DNA of 53,992 nt, filler included, from Nitrospinota bacterium (GCA_030620925.1; 12 parts of 12 records of this genome joined end to end with filler, not necessarily neighbours in it), one strand, 5' to 3'. Shown: positions 39,582 to 50,482, counted from the whole stretch's first letter. Made by a program: numbers and translations. The notes: generated by a model from the sequence alone, not told the origin.

Positions 39582-40753
39582 AGACGGCCTACTTCCACTG
39601 CCACAGCGGCGTAAGCGGCGATATGTTTATCGGCTCGCTGCTGGACGCCGGTCTTGATTTTAACCTTCTCGAAGAAGAAATTAAAAAGCTGGGCCTTACC
39701 GGTTATCGGCTCGAACGGAATAGCGTAACCAGAAACGGGCTTTCAGCTATCAAATTCGACGTCATATTAGATCAGGAAAGTAGTGAAGAGCGGAACCTTG
39801 GCGATCTGCTGAAGATCATAAATGCTTCTTCCCTCTCTCCCTCTATCAAAGAGAGAGCCAGCGGGATATTCACCAGGTTGGCCGAGGCGGAGGCCGCTGT
39901 TCACGGTACTTTAATCGACGAAATCCACTTCCACGAAGTCGGTGCATTGGACGCCATGATAGACGTTGCGGGTGCAGTTTCCGCCCTGGAACTTATGGGA
40001 ATAGAGAAAGTGGTCTCCTCTCCCGTGAACCTGGGTAGCGGGATGGTCGGGAGTTCACACGGGCAGATACCTGTTCCCGTGCCGGCGGTGCCGGAGCTTC
40101 TCAAAGGGAAGCCGGTTTATTCGGCTGGGCCGCAGAAGGAGTTGACCACCCCCACAGGGGCTGCCATTTTAAGCGCTCTGGTCGATGATTTCGGCCCCCT
40201 TCCCCCCATGGCAATCCAGACCACGGGGCACGGAGCAGGCTCTCAGGATTTTCCGGACATGCCCAACCTCTTGAGGGTATTCATCGGGTCTACAGCAGGC
40301 GGGGAAACCGCTGATACCGTGGCGGTGATGGAAACCAATATCGATGACCTGAACCCCGAGTTCTACGCCCCTTTCACTGAGAAGGCTCTGGAAGCCGGAG
40401 CGCTGGATGTATTCCTCACCCCCATCATCATGAAAAAGGGGCGGCCGGGAGTTAAAGTCACCATCCTCGCACAACCGGATAAGCAGCGTGAGCTCAGCGC
40501 CCTTCTTTTCGATGAAACCACGACCTTCGGCCTCAGGACCCGCTTGGAAACAAGGGACAAATTGAAGCGGGAGACGGTTGAGGTGGAGACCGTCTACGGG
40601 AAAGTAAAAGTCAAGCTCGGTAAAGCAGGAGGAAGGATAACTAAGGCATCCCCCGAGGCCGAAAGCTGCATGCAACTCGCCGCTGAAAAGCAGGTTCCCG
40701 TCAGACTGGTTTACGACGAAGCCAAGAGAGCCTCCCAAACCCTGATACAGTGA
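39578..40753 (+). CDS. larC: Nickel-pincer cofactor biosynthesis protein LarC (nickel insertase)
   Basis: SGVSGDM, EAEAAVHG, HFHEVGALD, ELTTPTGAA, ETNIDD, MKKGRPG, ETTTFGLR; ATGA overlap with larB. Confidence 0.95.
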   Translation: MKTAYFHCHSGVSGDMFIGSLLDAGLDFNLLEEEIKKLGLTGYRLERNSVTRNGLSAIKFDVILDQESSEERNLGDLLKIINASSLSPSIKERASGIFTRLAEAEAAVHGTLIDEIHFHEVGALDAMIDVAGAVSALELMGIEKVVSSPVNLGSGMVGSSHGQIPVPVPAVPELLKGKPVYSAGPQKELTTPTGAAILSALVDDFGPLPPMAIQTTGHGAGSQDFPDMPNLLRVFIGSTAGGETADTVAVMETNIDDLNPEFYAPFTEKALEAGALDVFLTPIIMKKGRPGVKVTILAQPDKQRELSALLFDETTTFGLRTRLETRDKLKRETVEVETVYGKVKVKLGKAGGRITKASPEAESCMQLAAEKQVPVRLVYDEAKRASQTLIQ

Positions 40754-41010
40754 GCTATATAGTCAATAACTGGTGTAGTACATTCCATGGAAAGATGTGA
40801 GATTGTTTCGATATTTAAATAAATTTGCGTTATTGTAATTTTTTTCTTGACTTGCCTAAAACTATTTTTTATATATATTAATGTCTGAAATGTTATCTTA
40901 TTGAAATATANNNNNNNNNNNNNNNNNNNNNNNNNNNNNNNNNNNNNNNNNNNNTTAATTAATTAANNNNNNNNNNNNNNNNNNNNNNNNNNNNNNNNNN
41001 NNNNNNNNNN

Positions 41011-41241
41011 CTCCAGAACAAAAGAGGCCACGACCCCCACTGCGTTGCGCTGCGGGTCGCTGCTGAGGTTCCCCCCACCCTCCACCCGGAGCTTTATTCC
41101 CGGCTCAGGGGATACACGCGCCCATACCTGATTACCGATACCGCTCAAAGCCAGGCCGCCCACATCGAAAAGCGGCCCCAAATTAGCAATGGTGGCGGGG
41201 GTATAAACTTTTACCCAGTCTTTTTCACATACTTCAGCCAT
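41011..41241 (-). CDS. thrB: Homoserine kinase, N-terminal fragment
   Basis: VKVYTPATIANLGPLFDVGGLAL, DPQRNAVGVVA. Confidence 0.75.
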
Positions 41242-41356
41242 ACAGCAAACAGACATAAGATAGATGACATTATGCGGCTCAGTTCCGGCCCTGAATCTCT
41301 TTCCTGCTTCTCGGAGAGACAAAGCTTCTGCCTATTTTACAGAAGAGAGGAAGCAT

Positions 41357-42274
41357 CTATTCTTCCTCTTCCTCCTCTTCTTCCTCTTCCTCTTCACCCC
41401 GCTCGTGCTTGAGAAACTCCTGGATATCATCCACGATATCCTCTGTGTCAATATGTTCGGGCTGTTCCATGCTCATCTCATAAACTCGTTCCAGCTCTTT
41501 TACGTAGTCGGCGAGCTTGGGGTCCCCTTGTATCTTTAATGCCAGCTCCACATCCATTTTCCGGGCCGCTTCTTCAAGGTAGGAGATGTCCAGATCCATC
41601 TCCAGCAGTTGTAAAAGTATTCCCAGCAGCTTATGGTAGGCTTTGGGATAGTTCACCTTTATGTAGTAAGGGATGGCTCCCCAGAGGCTTATGCTTTCAA
41701 CGTTATACTTACGGCTCTCCATGAGGAGGAAAGTCTGTATGCTGGTAGGACCCTGGTAATCGGTGTAGATGACATCTTGACCTTGCAGCTTCTTCTTGAG
41801 CACGGAATCGTTCACCACCGCCGATATCCTGGGGTCTTTGGTATGAGGCACGTTGTCATAATAACCGCCTAAAGTATAGAGTTGCTTCACTCCGAACTCC
41901 GAAGTCAACTGGAAGATAATATCCGCATAAGTTTGCCATTTCAGGTCGGGCTCGACCCCCGAGATAAGCAGCAGGTCTTTCCCTTCCCCCTTAGCCGACC
42001 AGGCGAAAATTTCCTGGCTTGGAAAGTGCAGCTCGTCTACCACGCCGCCTCGCACCTCCGCTACAGGGCGAGTAGTAATGGGAGCCACGGAGGTAAACAC
42101 GTAAAACTCCTCAGGATTTATCTCGCCTATTTTCTGTGCCCCCACTATCTCCCTCAGGTTGTTCACTACCTCAGTGGATATCCCTGCGGCGTTAGGCCAC
42201 CCTCCGAAACCTGCGATCAGAGCCGGTTCTTGAAGTTCCGGCCTTTTTTCCATGATTAAATTTTCACCGCTCAT
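41357..42274 (-). CDS. PAC2 family (proteasome assembly chaperone-like) protein with a poly-Glu tail
   Basis: LIAGFGGWPNAA, EEFYVF...RP, GVEPDLKW, VPHT, YQGPTSI, LWGAIPYY, YVKELE. Confidence 0.88.
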   Translation of the reverse strand: MSGENLIMEKRPELQEPALIAGFGGWPNAAGISTEVVNNLREIVGAQKIGEINPEEFYVFTSVAPITTRPVAEVRGGVVDELHFPSQEIFAWSAKGEGKDLLLISGVEPDLKWQTYADIIFQLTSEFGVKQLYTLGGYYDNVPHTKDPRISAVVNDSVLKKKLQGQDVIYTDYQGPTSIQTFLLMESRKYNVESISLWGAIPYYIKVNYPKAYHKLLGILLQLLEMDLDISYLEEAARKMDVELALKIQGDPKLADYVKELERVYEMSMEQPEHIDTEDIVDDIQEFLKHERGEEEEEEEEEEEE

Positions 42275-42648
42275 GATAAACCCCTATTGAAATTACCCAG
42301 GAACGAAATTCAGAGCTAAGTTTCTCTTCCATCGATGGATCATTTTATCTGATCTCTCGAATCATAAGCTATCCTTATCATCTCTTATTATATAATATCA
42401 TGATCGACGCATGACGGGGAGAGGCTTTTCTTAGCTTTCAGATAATCAATAATTTCGGCGTCTTAAAAAATCGGTCGCCCTGTTATTATCTGTGCAATCG
42501 GGAAGCATATGCGTTAAATTTATCTTGGAAAGTTGCCGGGAATTTCCACCCGATTTTAAGAATCCGGAGCGAAAGGCGGACACTACATTGACAAGCGATT
42601 AACCGGAGGGAAGAAAGTTATTTTTTCATCTGAGAGAGGAGGCACAAA

Positions 42649-42852
42649 ATGACTGCGATAAAAATCATCGACATCGTGGGTGAATCGACTGAAAGCTGGG
42701 ATGACGCGATGAAAAATGTCATAGCTGAAGCTCAAAAGACGCTCAGAGGCATCACCAGAATAGGGGCCAAGGAGTTCGACGTAAGATTGAAGGACGATAA
42801 GGTAGATGTTTTCAGAGTAAGGGCCGAGATCTCCTTCCGTATCGAGCGTTAA
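42649..42852 (+). CDS. Dodecin family protein
   Basis: KIIDIVGES.ESWDDA...A.KTLRGI...FR....ISF; RBS GGAGG. Confidence 0.92.
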   Translation: MTAIKIIDIVGESTESWDDAMKNVIAEAQKTLRGITRIGAKEFDVRLKDDKVDVFRVRAEISFRIER

Positions 42853-42938
42853 AACTATAAAGTGCTGGCAGCCGGAAGCGACCCGCGCTTTATAATTCTG
42901 TGGTAGAGACAACTAGTATCCTGCGCCGTGGGATGTCT

Positions 42939-44326
42939 CTACAGCTCATCGCGCAGAACACGCTTCAGTATTTTCCCCTGGGGGTTTTTGGGAAGAGAGG
43001 CCCTGAACTCGTAGCTGCGAGGGACCTTGTATGCGGCCAGCCGCTGGCGGCAGAATTCGTTGAACTCCTCTTCAGTCGCGCTTTGGTCTTCCTTAAGCAC
43101 GATATAGGCCATGGCCAACTCACCCTTGACGGCATCGGGGGCTCCAATGACGGTGGCCTCCAATACGGCGGGATGGGAGTAGAGCACGTCTTCTATCTCT
43201 TTGGGGTATATGTTGAACCCGCCGGTTATTATCATGTCTTTGAGGCGGTCTATTATGTAATAGTAGCCCTCCTCATCCCGGCGGCCCATATCACCCGTGT
43301 GCAGCCAGCCGTTTCGAAAGACCTCCTCATTGGCCTCGGGCATGTTCCAGTAACCCTTCATGCAGGTGGGCCCGCGCCTCATGACTATCTCGCCCACCTC
43401 GCCGTGAGGCAGCTCATTATCGTTTTCGTCAAAAATCTTCACCTCCAGCTCCGGCAGAACATGGCCGCAGGAGCCGGGCCTGCGTTCCATCGTAAGGTCC
43501 TCTATGGTTATCACCCCGCAGGACTCCGTCTGTCCGAATCCTTCGAGGATGGTCATTCCGAATTTTTCTTCGATCTCGCGCATCACGTGTACCGGCACGG
43601 GGGCGGCCGCGGCAACGCCCAACCTCAGTTTGCTTACGTCATGCCTGGAAGGGTCAAAGGCGTCCAGCATAAAGGAATACATGGTGGGCACCCCGAAATA
43701 GATCGTAATCCCGTACTTGCCGAAATCCCGCAGGACTGCTTCCGGATCGAAGCGCTCATGAATGACGACCCCGTTGCCGCCGGCGGTCATATTCATCACG
43801 AACACCAATACCGCAAAGGCGTGAAAGAAAGGAAGCGCGCATAGGGTGGAATCATCTTCCAGGTAATAGCCGGCCTCGGTAAAAATTGCGTCGGTGGAAA
43901 TTAATCCGTTATTGGGGAGGATCGCCCCTTTGGGCTTTCCCGTGGTGCCCGAGGTATACTGTATCTGCGAGGGGTCTTCAGGTAGGACGTCTTTATTTTC
44001 GATGCGTTCTGAACCCCCTGCGATCTCGGCGTAGGGAATGGTATCGGGCACCGCCTCGGGGCTTACCATTATCACGCTTTCCAAAGAGGGCAAGTTAGGC
44101 CGGGCGGCCTCAACTCTGTCCCTGAAAATATCCGAGGTGATGAGATATTTCGCGCCCGAATCGTTAACGATGTATTCGATCTCCCTTTCGGTATACATTG
44201 GGTTCAGCGAGACGGATATGCCTCCGGTCTTCCAGATGCCGTAGTAGGATTCCAGCACCTCGTGGCAGTTGGGCAAAAGTATGGCTACCCTATCCCCCTT
44301 TTCCACGTCTATCTTTTCAAGCCCTC
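42939..44326 (-). CDS. Long-chain-fatty-acid--CoA ligase family protein, 5' truncated
   Basis: YTSGTTGKPKG, EGFGQTE, GWLHTGD, DRLKDMIITGGFNIYPKEIE, LPKNPQGKILK. Confidence 0.93.
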
Positions 44327-44494
44327 NNNNNNNNNNNNNNNNNNNNNNNNNNNNNNNNNNNNNNNNNNNNTTAATTAATTAANNNNNNNNNNNNNNNNNN
44401 NNNNNNNNNNNNNNNNNNNNNNNNNNGGCGGCTTTAGCGGATATCATGGTTTTCACCGGCAACGCGGATGTGATGTTCACCTCTTATCCGCCGC

Positions 44495-45157
44495 TTCAAG
44501 CCCCTCCCCTCCGGCTTCATCGAACACCCCCGGAGGGTATTCTGGGGCGGCCTGGCGCTCATAGCCCTTTCTCTGCTCGTATCCCAGCTCTATCTTAATC
44601 CGCTGGCCACCCTCTATCTCTTTCTGGGAGCTTTCGTCTACGTCGCTGTTTATACCCTGTGGCTCAAAAAAAGGAGCGTCCTGAACATAATAATAGGGGG
44701 GATGGCGGGTAGTTTCGCGGCAATGGCCGGGGGTGCGTCCGTGAAACCGGAGCTGGGCCTCCCGCCGCTGCTGGTGGCCCTGATAATCTTTCTTTGGACC
44801 CCCTCGCATTTCTGGAGCTTTGCCATAGCCAAACGAGAAGATTATCAAAAGGCGAATATACCCATGCTGCCCGTAATCGTGGGCGATAAAAGGGCGGCGC
44901 GGTTTATTTTTGTGAACACCATCTTCCTTATACTGACCTCGTTACTGCCTTATGCCCTGGGTATTTTCGGCGAGCTTTACCTGGCCGCCGCCCTCTCCAC
45001 AGGAGCTTTTTTCATAATAAGGAACCTCCAGCTCATTCTCCACACCTCTGAACCGGCGGCCTTAAAAAATTTCAAAGCCTCCATGCTCTACCTTCTGATC
45101 CTCCTTCTCGCCATCGTAGCAGATACCGCCCTCATGGCGTCTCCTCCCTCTATTTAA
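44495..45157 (+). CDS. ctaB: Protoheme IX farnesyltransferase (heme o synthase), 5' truncated
   Basis: The frame upstream of 44702 reads KPLPSG...VYTLWLKKRSVLNIIIGG, then FLWTPSHFWSFA, EDYQKANIPMLPV. Confidence 0.88.
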   Translation, partial: FKPLPSGFIEHPRRVFWGGLALIALSLLVSQLYLNPLATLYLFLGAFVYVAVYTLWLKKRSVLNIIIGGMAGSFAAMAGGASVKPELGLPPLLVALIIFLWTPSHFWSFAIAKREDYQKANIPMLPVIVGDKRAARFIFVNTIFLILTSLLPYALGIFGELYLAAALSTGAFFIIRNLQLILHTSEPAALKNFKASMLYLLILLLAIVADTALMASPPSI

Positions 45158-45199
45158 TACGAAACGTGCACCGAGAATCAGGAAACCCATCTGGACAAT

Positions 45200-45248
45200 T
45201 ACCAACATATAGTGTAATACTATAGTCATAAATTACAACTTATGGTAT
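45200..45248. promoter_or_regulatory. Tandem NrdR-box-like sites upstream of smc
   Basis: TACCAACATATAGTGT and TTACAACTTATGGTAT, starting 33 bp apart, resemble acaCwAtATaTwGtgt. Confidence 0.45.
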
Positions 45249-45394
45249 TTTTCTGTTTACAATATATTTAAGTATGCTAAAATTAGGCGTGTGTTTCCAC
45301 AATATGTGCTGTAAGTTATTACTATTAAAGCCGATAAATTTCTTAGAGCCTCGGAATCATAGGTTAACCACTTTCTTATAATAGGAGGGGAATA

Positions 45395-47203
45395 GTGCGA
45401 CTGAGCAAATTGGAACTCTCGGGTTTTAAGTCATTCGCTAACCCCACCATAATCAGCCTTCCTGAAAACATGATCGCCATCGTGGGGCCTAACGGGTGCG
45501 GCAAAAGCAACATCTCTGACGCCCTGCGATGGGTGCTGGGGGCCCAGAGCGCCAAACTCCTGCGGGGCAAGAAGATGGACGACTTCATCTTCAACGGCAG
45601 CCGGAGCCGCAAGCCCCTGGGCATGGCACAGGTCTCCCTTACCATGGAAAACGGTAACGGTAGTGAAGCCGTCCAATTCCCCGGCCTGGAGAGCTGTCCG
45701 GAGGTGACCGTATCCCGACGCGTCTTCCGGGACGGCGAAGCGGAATACCAGATAAACAAGGCGTCCTGCCGGCTCAAAGACATCACCGACCTCTTTCTGG
45801 ATGTGGGGGTTGGGGCCAGCATACTCTCAATAATCGAACAGGGCCAGATAGAACAGATCATCAACGCCAAACCGGAGGACCGGCGGTATATCATCGAAGA
45901 GTCCGCCGGTATAACCAAATACAAAGACCGCAAGGATACCGCCCTGCGCAAGCTGATGCACGCGGAAAACAACCTCCTGCGCGTAAAGGACATAATGGCC
46001 GAAATTCAGCGTCAGTTGAACGCCCTGAGGAGGCAGGCGAAGAAAGCCGAGCGCTACAAAGAATACAGCGACGAGGCTCGTGAGCTGGACCTTGCCATAT
46101 TGTCCACCGAATACCAGGGCCAGGCCCGGCGTTTGAGCCGGCTCGAAGAGGAGCTCGATGAAGCCCGGGATGAGCATGAAACCGTTTCATCAGCCTACAA
46201 CTCAAGCGAAGCTCGCCTGGAAACCCTGAGGCTGACGATAACCCAGAACCGCACCGAGATAGGCCGCTTGAACCAGGAAATCCACAATCTGGAAAAGGAG
46301 GCCCTTCGAACCGAGGCCGATATCCAGGGCTCCACAAACGCCGCTGAGGCGCTGCTGGCTGAAGCCGGGAGGCTGTCGGAAGAAATAGATGAGCTGAGCG
46401 AGAACCTTTCATGTCTGAAGAAGGATACAGAGGAAAAGAGAATAGAAGAAAGTGAGCTGGCCCGGGAAACTGCGGAAAGATCCAATTCCTTCCAGAATCT
46501 CAGAGCGGAGCTGGAGGAACTGACGGAGGAACACCGCTCGGCAAACGAAAATATAGAGGAGCAACGCTCAGTCTATATCGACCTGTTGAGCGCCGTCTCC
46601 AGGGAACGCAATATACTCAATGCCGGAGAAACTCAACAGGAAAGCCTTTCCCGCCGAGAGGCAAGGATAAGAGAAGATAAAAGGGCCGCCACCGCCGCCC
46701 TGGAAGAACACCGGGCGCGAAAAAGAGAAAATGAAGCCCGTTTAGCAGAGCTGCGCTCCAGCATAAGTTCCATCAAAGGGCGCAGGGATACCCTGACGGC
46801 TGAAATTGATGAGCTCAACGGCGAATTGGCCGGAATCCAGGATGAGGCGGCCTCACTGAAGGAGGAACATTCCCGCCAGAGCGGCAGCATAAACTCACTG
46901 GAGGAACTGCTCAACAGCTACGAGGGGTATCGGGACGGCGTCAAGACGATACTGTCAGGGCGGGAAAACGGCAACGGCCTGGAGGGCATAAAAGGCATTA
47001 TCGCCGATATCCTCGAGACCTCCCCCCGATACGAGACGGCCATTGAAGCCGCATTGGGCGATATGCTCCAGTACCTCGTAGCGGAGGACCACAGCCAGTG
47101 CCTCAGGGCTCTGGAATATCTCAAATCGCGTCTGGGAGGCAGAAGCACCCTTATCCCCGTAAACCCGCGGAAAGCACCGGACCAGGCGGCCATCCCCACG
47201 GAC
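45395..47203 (+). CDS. smc: Chromosome segregation protein SMC, 3' truncated
   Basis: GFKSFA, IVGPNGCGKSNI.DA.RWVLG, IIEQG, EESAGI, coiled coil, hinge start (AIEAALG, GRSTLIP). Confidence 0.97.
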
Positions 47204-47303
47204 NNNNNNNNNNNNNNNNNNNNNNNNNNNNNNNNNNNNNNNNNNNNTTAATTAATTAANNNNNNNNNNNNNNNNNNNNNNNNNNNNNNNNNNNNNNNNN
47301 NNN

Positions 47304-47493
47304 GCTTTCTTCCGAAGAAGCTCAGAGACTATATGCAGACGCAAACATGGAATACCCTGCCAATTCCCGGATTGAGCCCAACCCGGAAGTGGCTTCATGG
47401 GGTGAATTCAAGGCCAATCCCATTAACGTAAGCGTTTATGGTCTGTTGCAGATCTCGGCCATTCGTCTCATGGACCGGGCGGGATACAGGTAA
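47304..47493 (+). CDS. Fe(3+) ABC transporter substrate-binding protein (FutA/FbpA-like), C-terminal fragment
   Basis: Manual translation [20 protein letters not shown]...WGEFKA...[11 protein letters not shown]. Confidence 0.85.
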
Positions 47494-47529
47494 CAGAGGT
47501 TCCAATATTTAAAGGTCCGACTGGAGAAT

Positions 47530-49185
47530 ATGAAAGTCTCAGGTGCCATATCTCGGCGTAAAATGTTGAAGGGTAGAGGTTTGCAGGTGGGGGCCGGCGT
47601 TGCCGCGGCCCTCGTAGCGGTGCCGGTGTTGGTCATACTATCCTCTCTGTTCAAACCCACCCAGGATATATGGGGGCACCTCCTCGAAAACGTCCTACCC
47701 CGCATTTTTGTTAACACGGTGAGCCTCGTAATCGGAGTATCCTTCGGTACGCTGATATTGGGCGTTGCCCTGGGATGGCTCACCGGAGCGTGCGATTTCC
47801 GGGGCAGGAGGATTTTTTCGTGGGCACTCCTGCTGCCCCTTGCCATTCCAACCTACGTCATGGCCTTCGTATATCTGGGGTTGTTCGACTTTGCCGGCCC
47901 CTTGCAGTCCGCGCTGGGAGACATGTTCCCCCGGAGTAATCCGCGCCTGCCTAACATCCAATCGGCAACCGGAGTGATAATAGTAATGACTCTGGCTCTC
48001 TATCCCTACGTTTACCTGCTTGCCCGAAGCGCTTTCATGACCCAGGGGTTGACCTCAATTGAGGCGGCCCGGTCGTTGGGTGCAAGCCCTGTCGGGGCTT
48101 TTTTCAGGGTGGTTCTGCCAATGGCCCGGCCCTGGATAGTAGGCGGTCTGATGCTGGTGGTCATGGAAACCCTCGCTGATTTCGGGGCGGTTTCTATTTT
48201 CAATTTTGATACGTTTACCACGGCGATATATAAATCCTGGTTCGGCTTCTTTTCATTGACCGCGGCGGCGCAGCTTTCATCCATACTGGTGTTCATGGTG
48301 TTGATAGTGGCGCTGTTGGAGCAGCGCCTTCGTCGTCAACAGCGGTACACCGGTGGTGGCGGATCGACTCCGAGTATGGCTCGCATCCAGCTCTCCGGTG
48401 TCAAGGCCTGGGCGGCTGTTGTGTTTTGTCTCCTTGTGCTTTTAACGGCATTCGCCGTTCCCTGCCTGCAGCTCATCGTTTGGAGCGCCGATTCATTCGG
48501 GATGGAGTTCGGGACACGCTATTTGGGGTTGGTGGGCCGCACGCTTTTCCTGGCTCTGGCCGCCGCCCTGATTACTTGTTCGACAGCGCTCCTTCTGGCT
48601 TACGCCAGACGATATCATCCGGAGCCGTTCACATTCGGCCTGACCCGTGTGGCTACCATCGGTTACGCCCTTCCCGGCACGGTGCTGGCGGTTGGCATCT
48701 TCATACCCGTGGTTTTCACGGACAACTTTATTTCCCAAATAGTTCGCTCTGTTTTCGGCTATGACCTGAAGCCCCTTTTACAGGGGACGGTGTTTATAAT
48801 GCTAATCGCCTACCTTGTGAGATTCACCGCTGCTGGATTCAATTCCGTGGACAGCGCCATGCAAAGGATCGCCCCTGGTATAGATGATGCATCAACACTT
48901 TTGGGAGCAAAGGGCCTGGCCCTCTTAAGACGCGTCCATCTTCCCATTCTCAAATCGGGCATTTTGACGGGATTGACGCTTGTTTTCGTGGACGTAATGA
49001 AGGAGATGCCCATTACGCTCATGACCAGGCCCTTCGGTTGGGATACTTTGGCTGTGAAAATTTTTGAGTTCACTTCGGAAGGGGAATGGGAACGTGCGGC
49101 TTTACCGGCGGTGGCAATCATTCTGACCGGGCTCTTCCCTGTCATACTCCTTACGAGACACAACGAAAAACAGTTCGCAACCTGA
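47530..49185 (+). CDS. Fe(3+) ABC transporter permease (FbpB/FutB-like)
   Basis: LPLAIPTYV, LYPYVYLLAR, EAARSLG, METLADFG, GYALPG, VDVMKEMP..L..RPFGWDTLA. Confidence 0.93.
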   Translation: MKVSGAISRRKMLKGRGLQVGAGVAAALVAVPVLVILSSLFKPTQDIWGHLLENVLPRIFVNTVSLVIGVSFGTLILGVALGWLTGACDFRGRRIFSWALLLPLAIPTYVMAFVYLGLFDFAGPLQSALGDMFPRSNPRLPNIQSATGVIIVMTLALYPYVYLLARSAFMTQGLTSIEAARSLGASPVGAFFRVVLPMARPWIVGGLMLVVMETLADFGAVSIFNFDTFTTAIYKSWFGFFSLTAAAQLSSILVFMVLIVALLEQRLRRQQRYTGGGGSTPSMARIQLSGVKAWAAVVFCLLVLLTAFAVPCLQLIVWSADSFGMEFGTRYLGLVGRTLFLALAAALITCSTALLLAYARRYHPEPFTFGLTRVATIGYALPGTVLAVGIFIPVVFTDNFISQIVRSVFGYDLKPLLQGTVFIMLIAYLVRFTAAGFNSVDSAMQRIAPGIDDASTLLGAKGLALLRRVHLPILKSGILTGLTLVFVDVMKEMPITLMTRPFGWDTLAVKIFEFTSEGEWERAALPAVAIILTGLFPVILLTRHNEKQFAT

Positions 49186-49202
49186 TCTTGAGGAGAATAA
49201 AG

Positions 49203-50327
49203 ATGCACCCCTTGCTGGAAGTCAAGAACATATCGAGTTCCTACGGCAATAAATTGGCCATAAATGATGTAAGCGTCAATCTGGAAAAAGGTGAAATCGG
49301 CTGCTTGCTGGGACCAAGCGGTTGCGGGAAGACCACCCTCCTCAGAACGATAGCAGGTTTTAAGGACATCGTCTCTGGAGATATATTGATAGAGGGCAGA
49401 CGGGTCGCGGCGGAAGCGTTTTCCGTTTCACCTGAAGAGCGGGGAGTGGGGATGGTGTTTCAGGACTACGCCCTCTTTCCTCATTTGAACGTCCAGGAAA
49501 ACGTGGCCTTCGGCCTTAAACATATGAAAAGGTCTGAGAAGAAGAGGAGAGTCGGCGACCTGCTTAGTGTTATAGGTCTCGAGCAGGTCAAACACAAATA
49601 CCCCCACGAATTGTCAGGAGGCGAGCAGCAACGCATAGCCCTGGCAAGGTCCCTTGCACCCAGACCCCGATTGTTGCTTCTCGATGAGCCGTTTTCCAAC
49701 CTGGACGTCAACATGCGCGAGCTTCTGTCAATGGAGGTGCGTAAGATCATCAAGCAGCAGAACACCACGGGGCTGGTGGTCACGCACAACCAGCACGAGG
49801 CCTTCGCCATGGCGGATAAAATCGGTGTCATTTCATGCGGTCGCATGCTGCAGTGGGACAGCGCCTACAATCTTTACCACAGGCCGTGCGGTTCCATGGT
49901 TGCCTCTTTTGTGGGAGAAGGTGTGCTGTTACCGGGGAGAGTCCTTGACGATCATCTGGTGGAATGCGGTCTGGCAGTCCTCAAAGGCCGATTTTCTTCG
50001 TCCTGTCCGGTGGGTGCCATGACGGACATCCTGATACGGCCGGAGGATGTCGTTCATGAGGATGAGAGTCCCCTGAGAGCTGTAGTGGTTCATAAAACCT
50101 TCCGGGGGCCAAACATTATTTATACTCTGTGTCTAAGCTCAGGTGATGCTGTCCTGGCTCTGTTCCCCAGCCATTACAGGCATGAGATTGGCGAGGAAAT
50201 AGGTATCCGGCCGGAGGTGAAAGACATAGTTCTTTTCAAGAGGGACCATGAGGAATTAAGACGCCCTCAGGAAGTCAACCCGAAATCCATGCTTCACAAT
50301 GAGTCGGAATGTCATTATAATGTTTAA
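49203..50327 (+). CDS. Fe(3+) ABC transporter ATP-binding protein (FbpC-like)
   Basis: GPSGCGKTT, VFQDYALFPHL, LSGGEQQR, LLLDEPFSNLD, C-terminal TOBE region. Confidence 0.93.
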   Translation: MHPLLEVKNISSSYGNKLAINDVSVNLEKGEIGCLLGPSGCGKTTLLRTIAGFKDIVSGDILIEGRRVAAEAFSVSPEERGVGMVFQDYALFPHLNVQENVAFGLKHMKRSEKKRRVGDLLSVIGLEQVKHKYPHELSGGEQQRIALARSLAPRPRLLLLDEPFSNLDVNMRELLSMEVRKIIKQQNTTGLVVTHNQHEAFAMADKIGVISCGRMLQWDSAYNLYHRPCGSMVASFVGEGVLLPGRVLDDHLVECGLAVLKGRFSSSCPVGAMTDILIRPEDVVHEDESPLRAVVVHKTFRGPNIIYTLCLSSGDAVLALFPSHYRHEIGEEIGIRPEVKDIVLFKRDHEELRRPQEVNPKSMLHNESECHYNV

Positions 50328-50482
50328 ACTTTTAAGATTAACTGGCAGGACGCGTTGGCCGTGAGCAATAATGATTAATCCTACATTTTTTGTCTCGGTT
50401 ATCATGTCAAGGAGGGGTTACTGCTTTATTAGCAGGAACTTTTTGGTTGGAATAGACTCGTATCCGAGGGGAGGGGATAAAA

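Noticed and set aside
40754..40910. Very AT-rich stretch, possible origin or foreign DNA
   Set aside because: No DnaA-box cluster or iterons. Consistent with an ordinary promoter region cut by the contig end.
44427..44494. In-frame TGA at 44471 upstream of the heme o synthase homology, a possible selenocysteine or pseudogene
   Set aside because: The first ~70 nt of the contig do not resemble the expected DxDIDxxMxRT motif. A chimeric or low-quality contig end is more likely, and no SECIS is evident.
4214..47303. Eleven regularly recurring TTAATTAATTAA motifs in N runs, resembling a repeat array
   Set aside because: Artificial contig linkers. ORFs containing X runs or ending in LIN are artefacts, and cross-linker synteny was not used.
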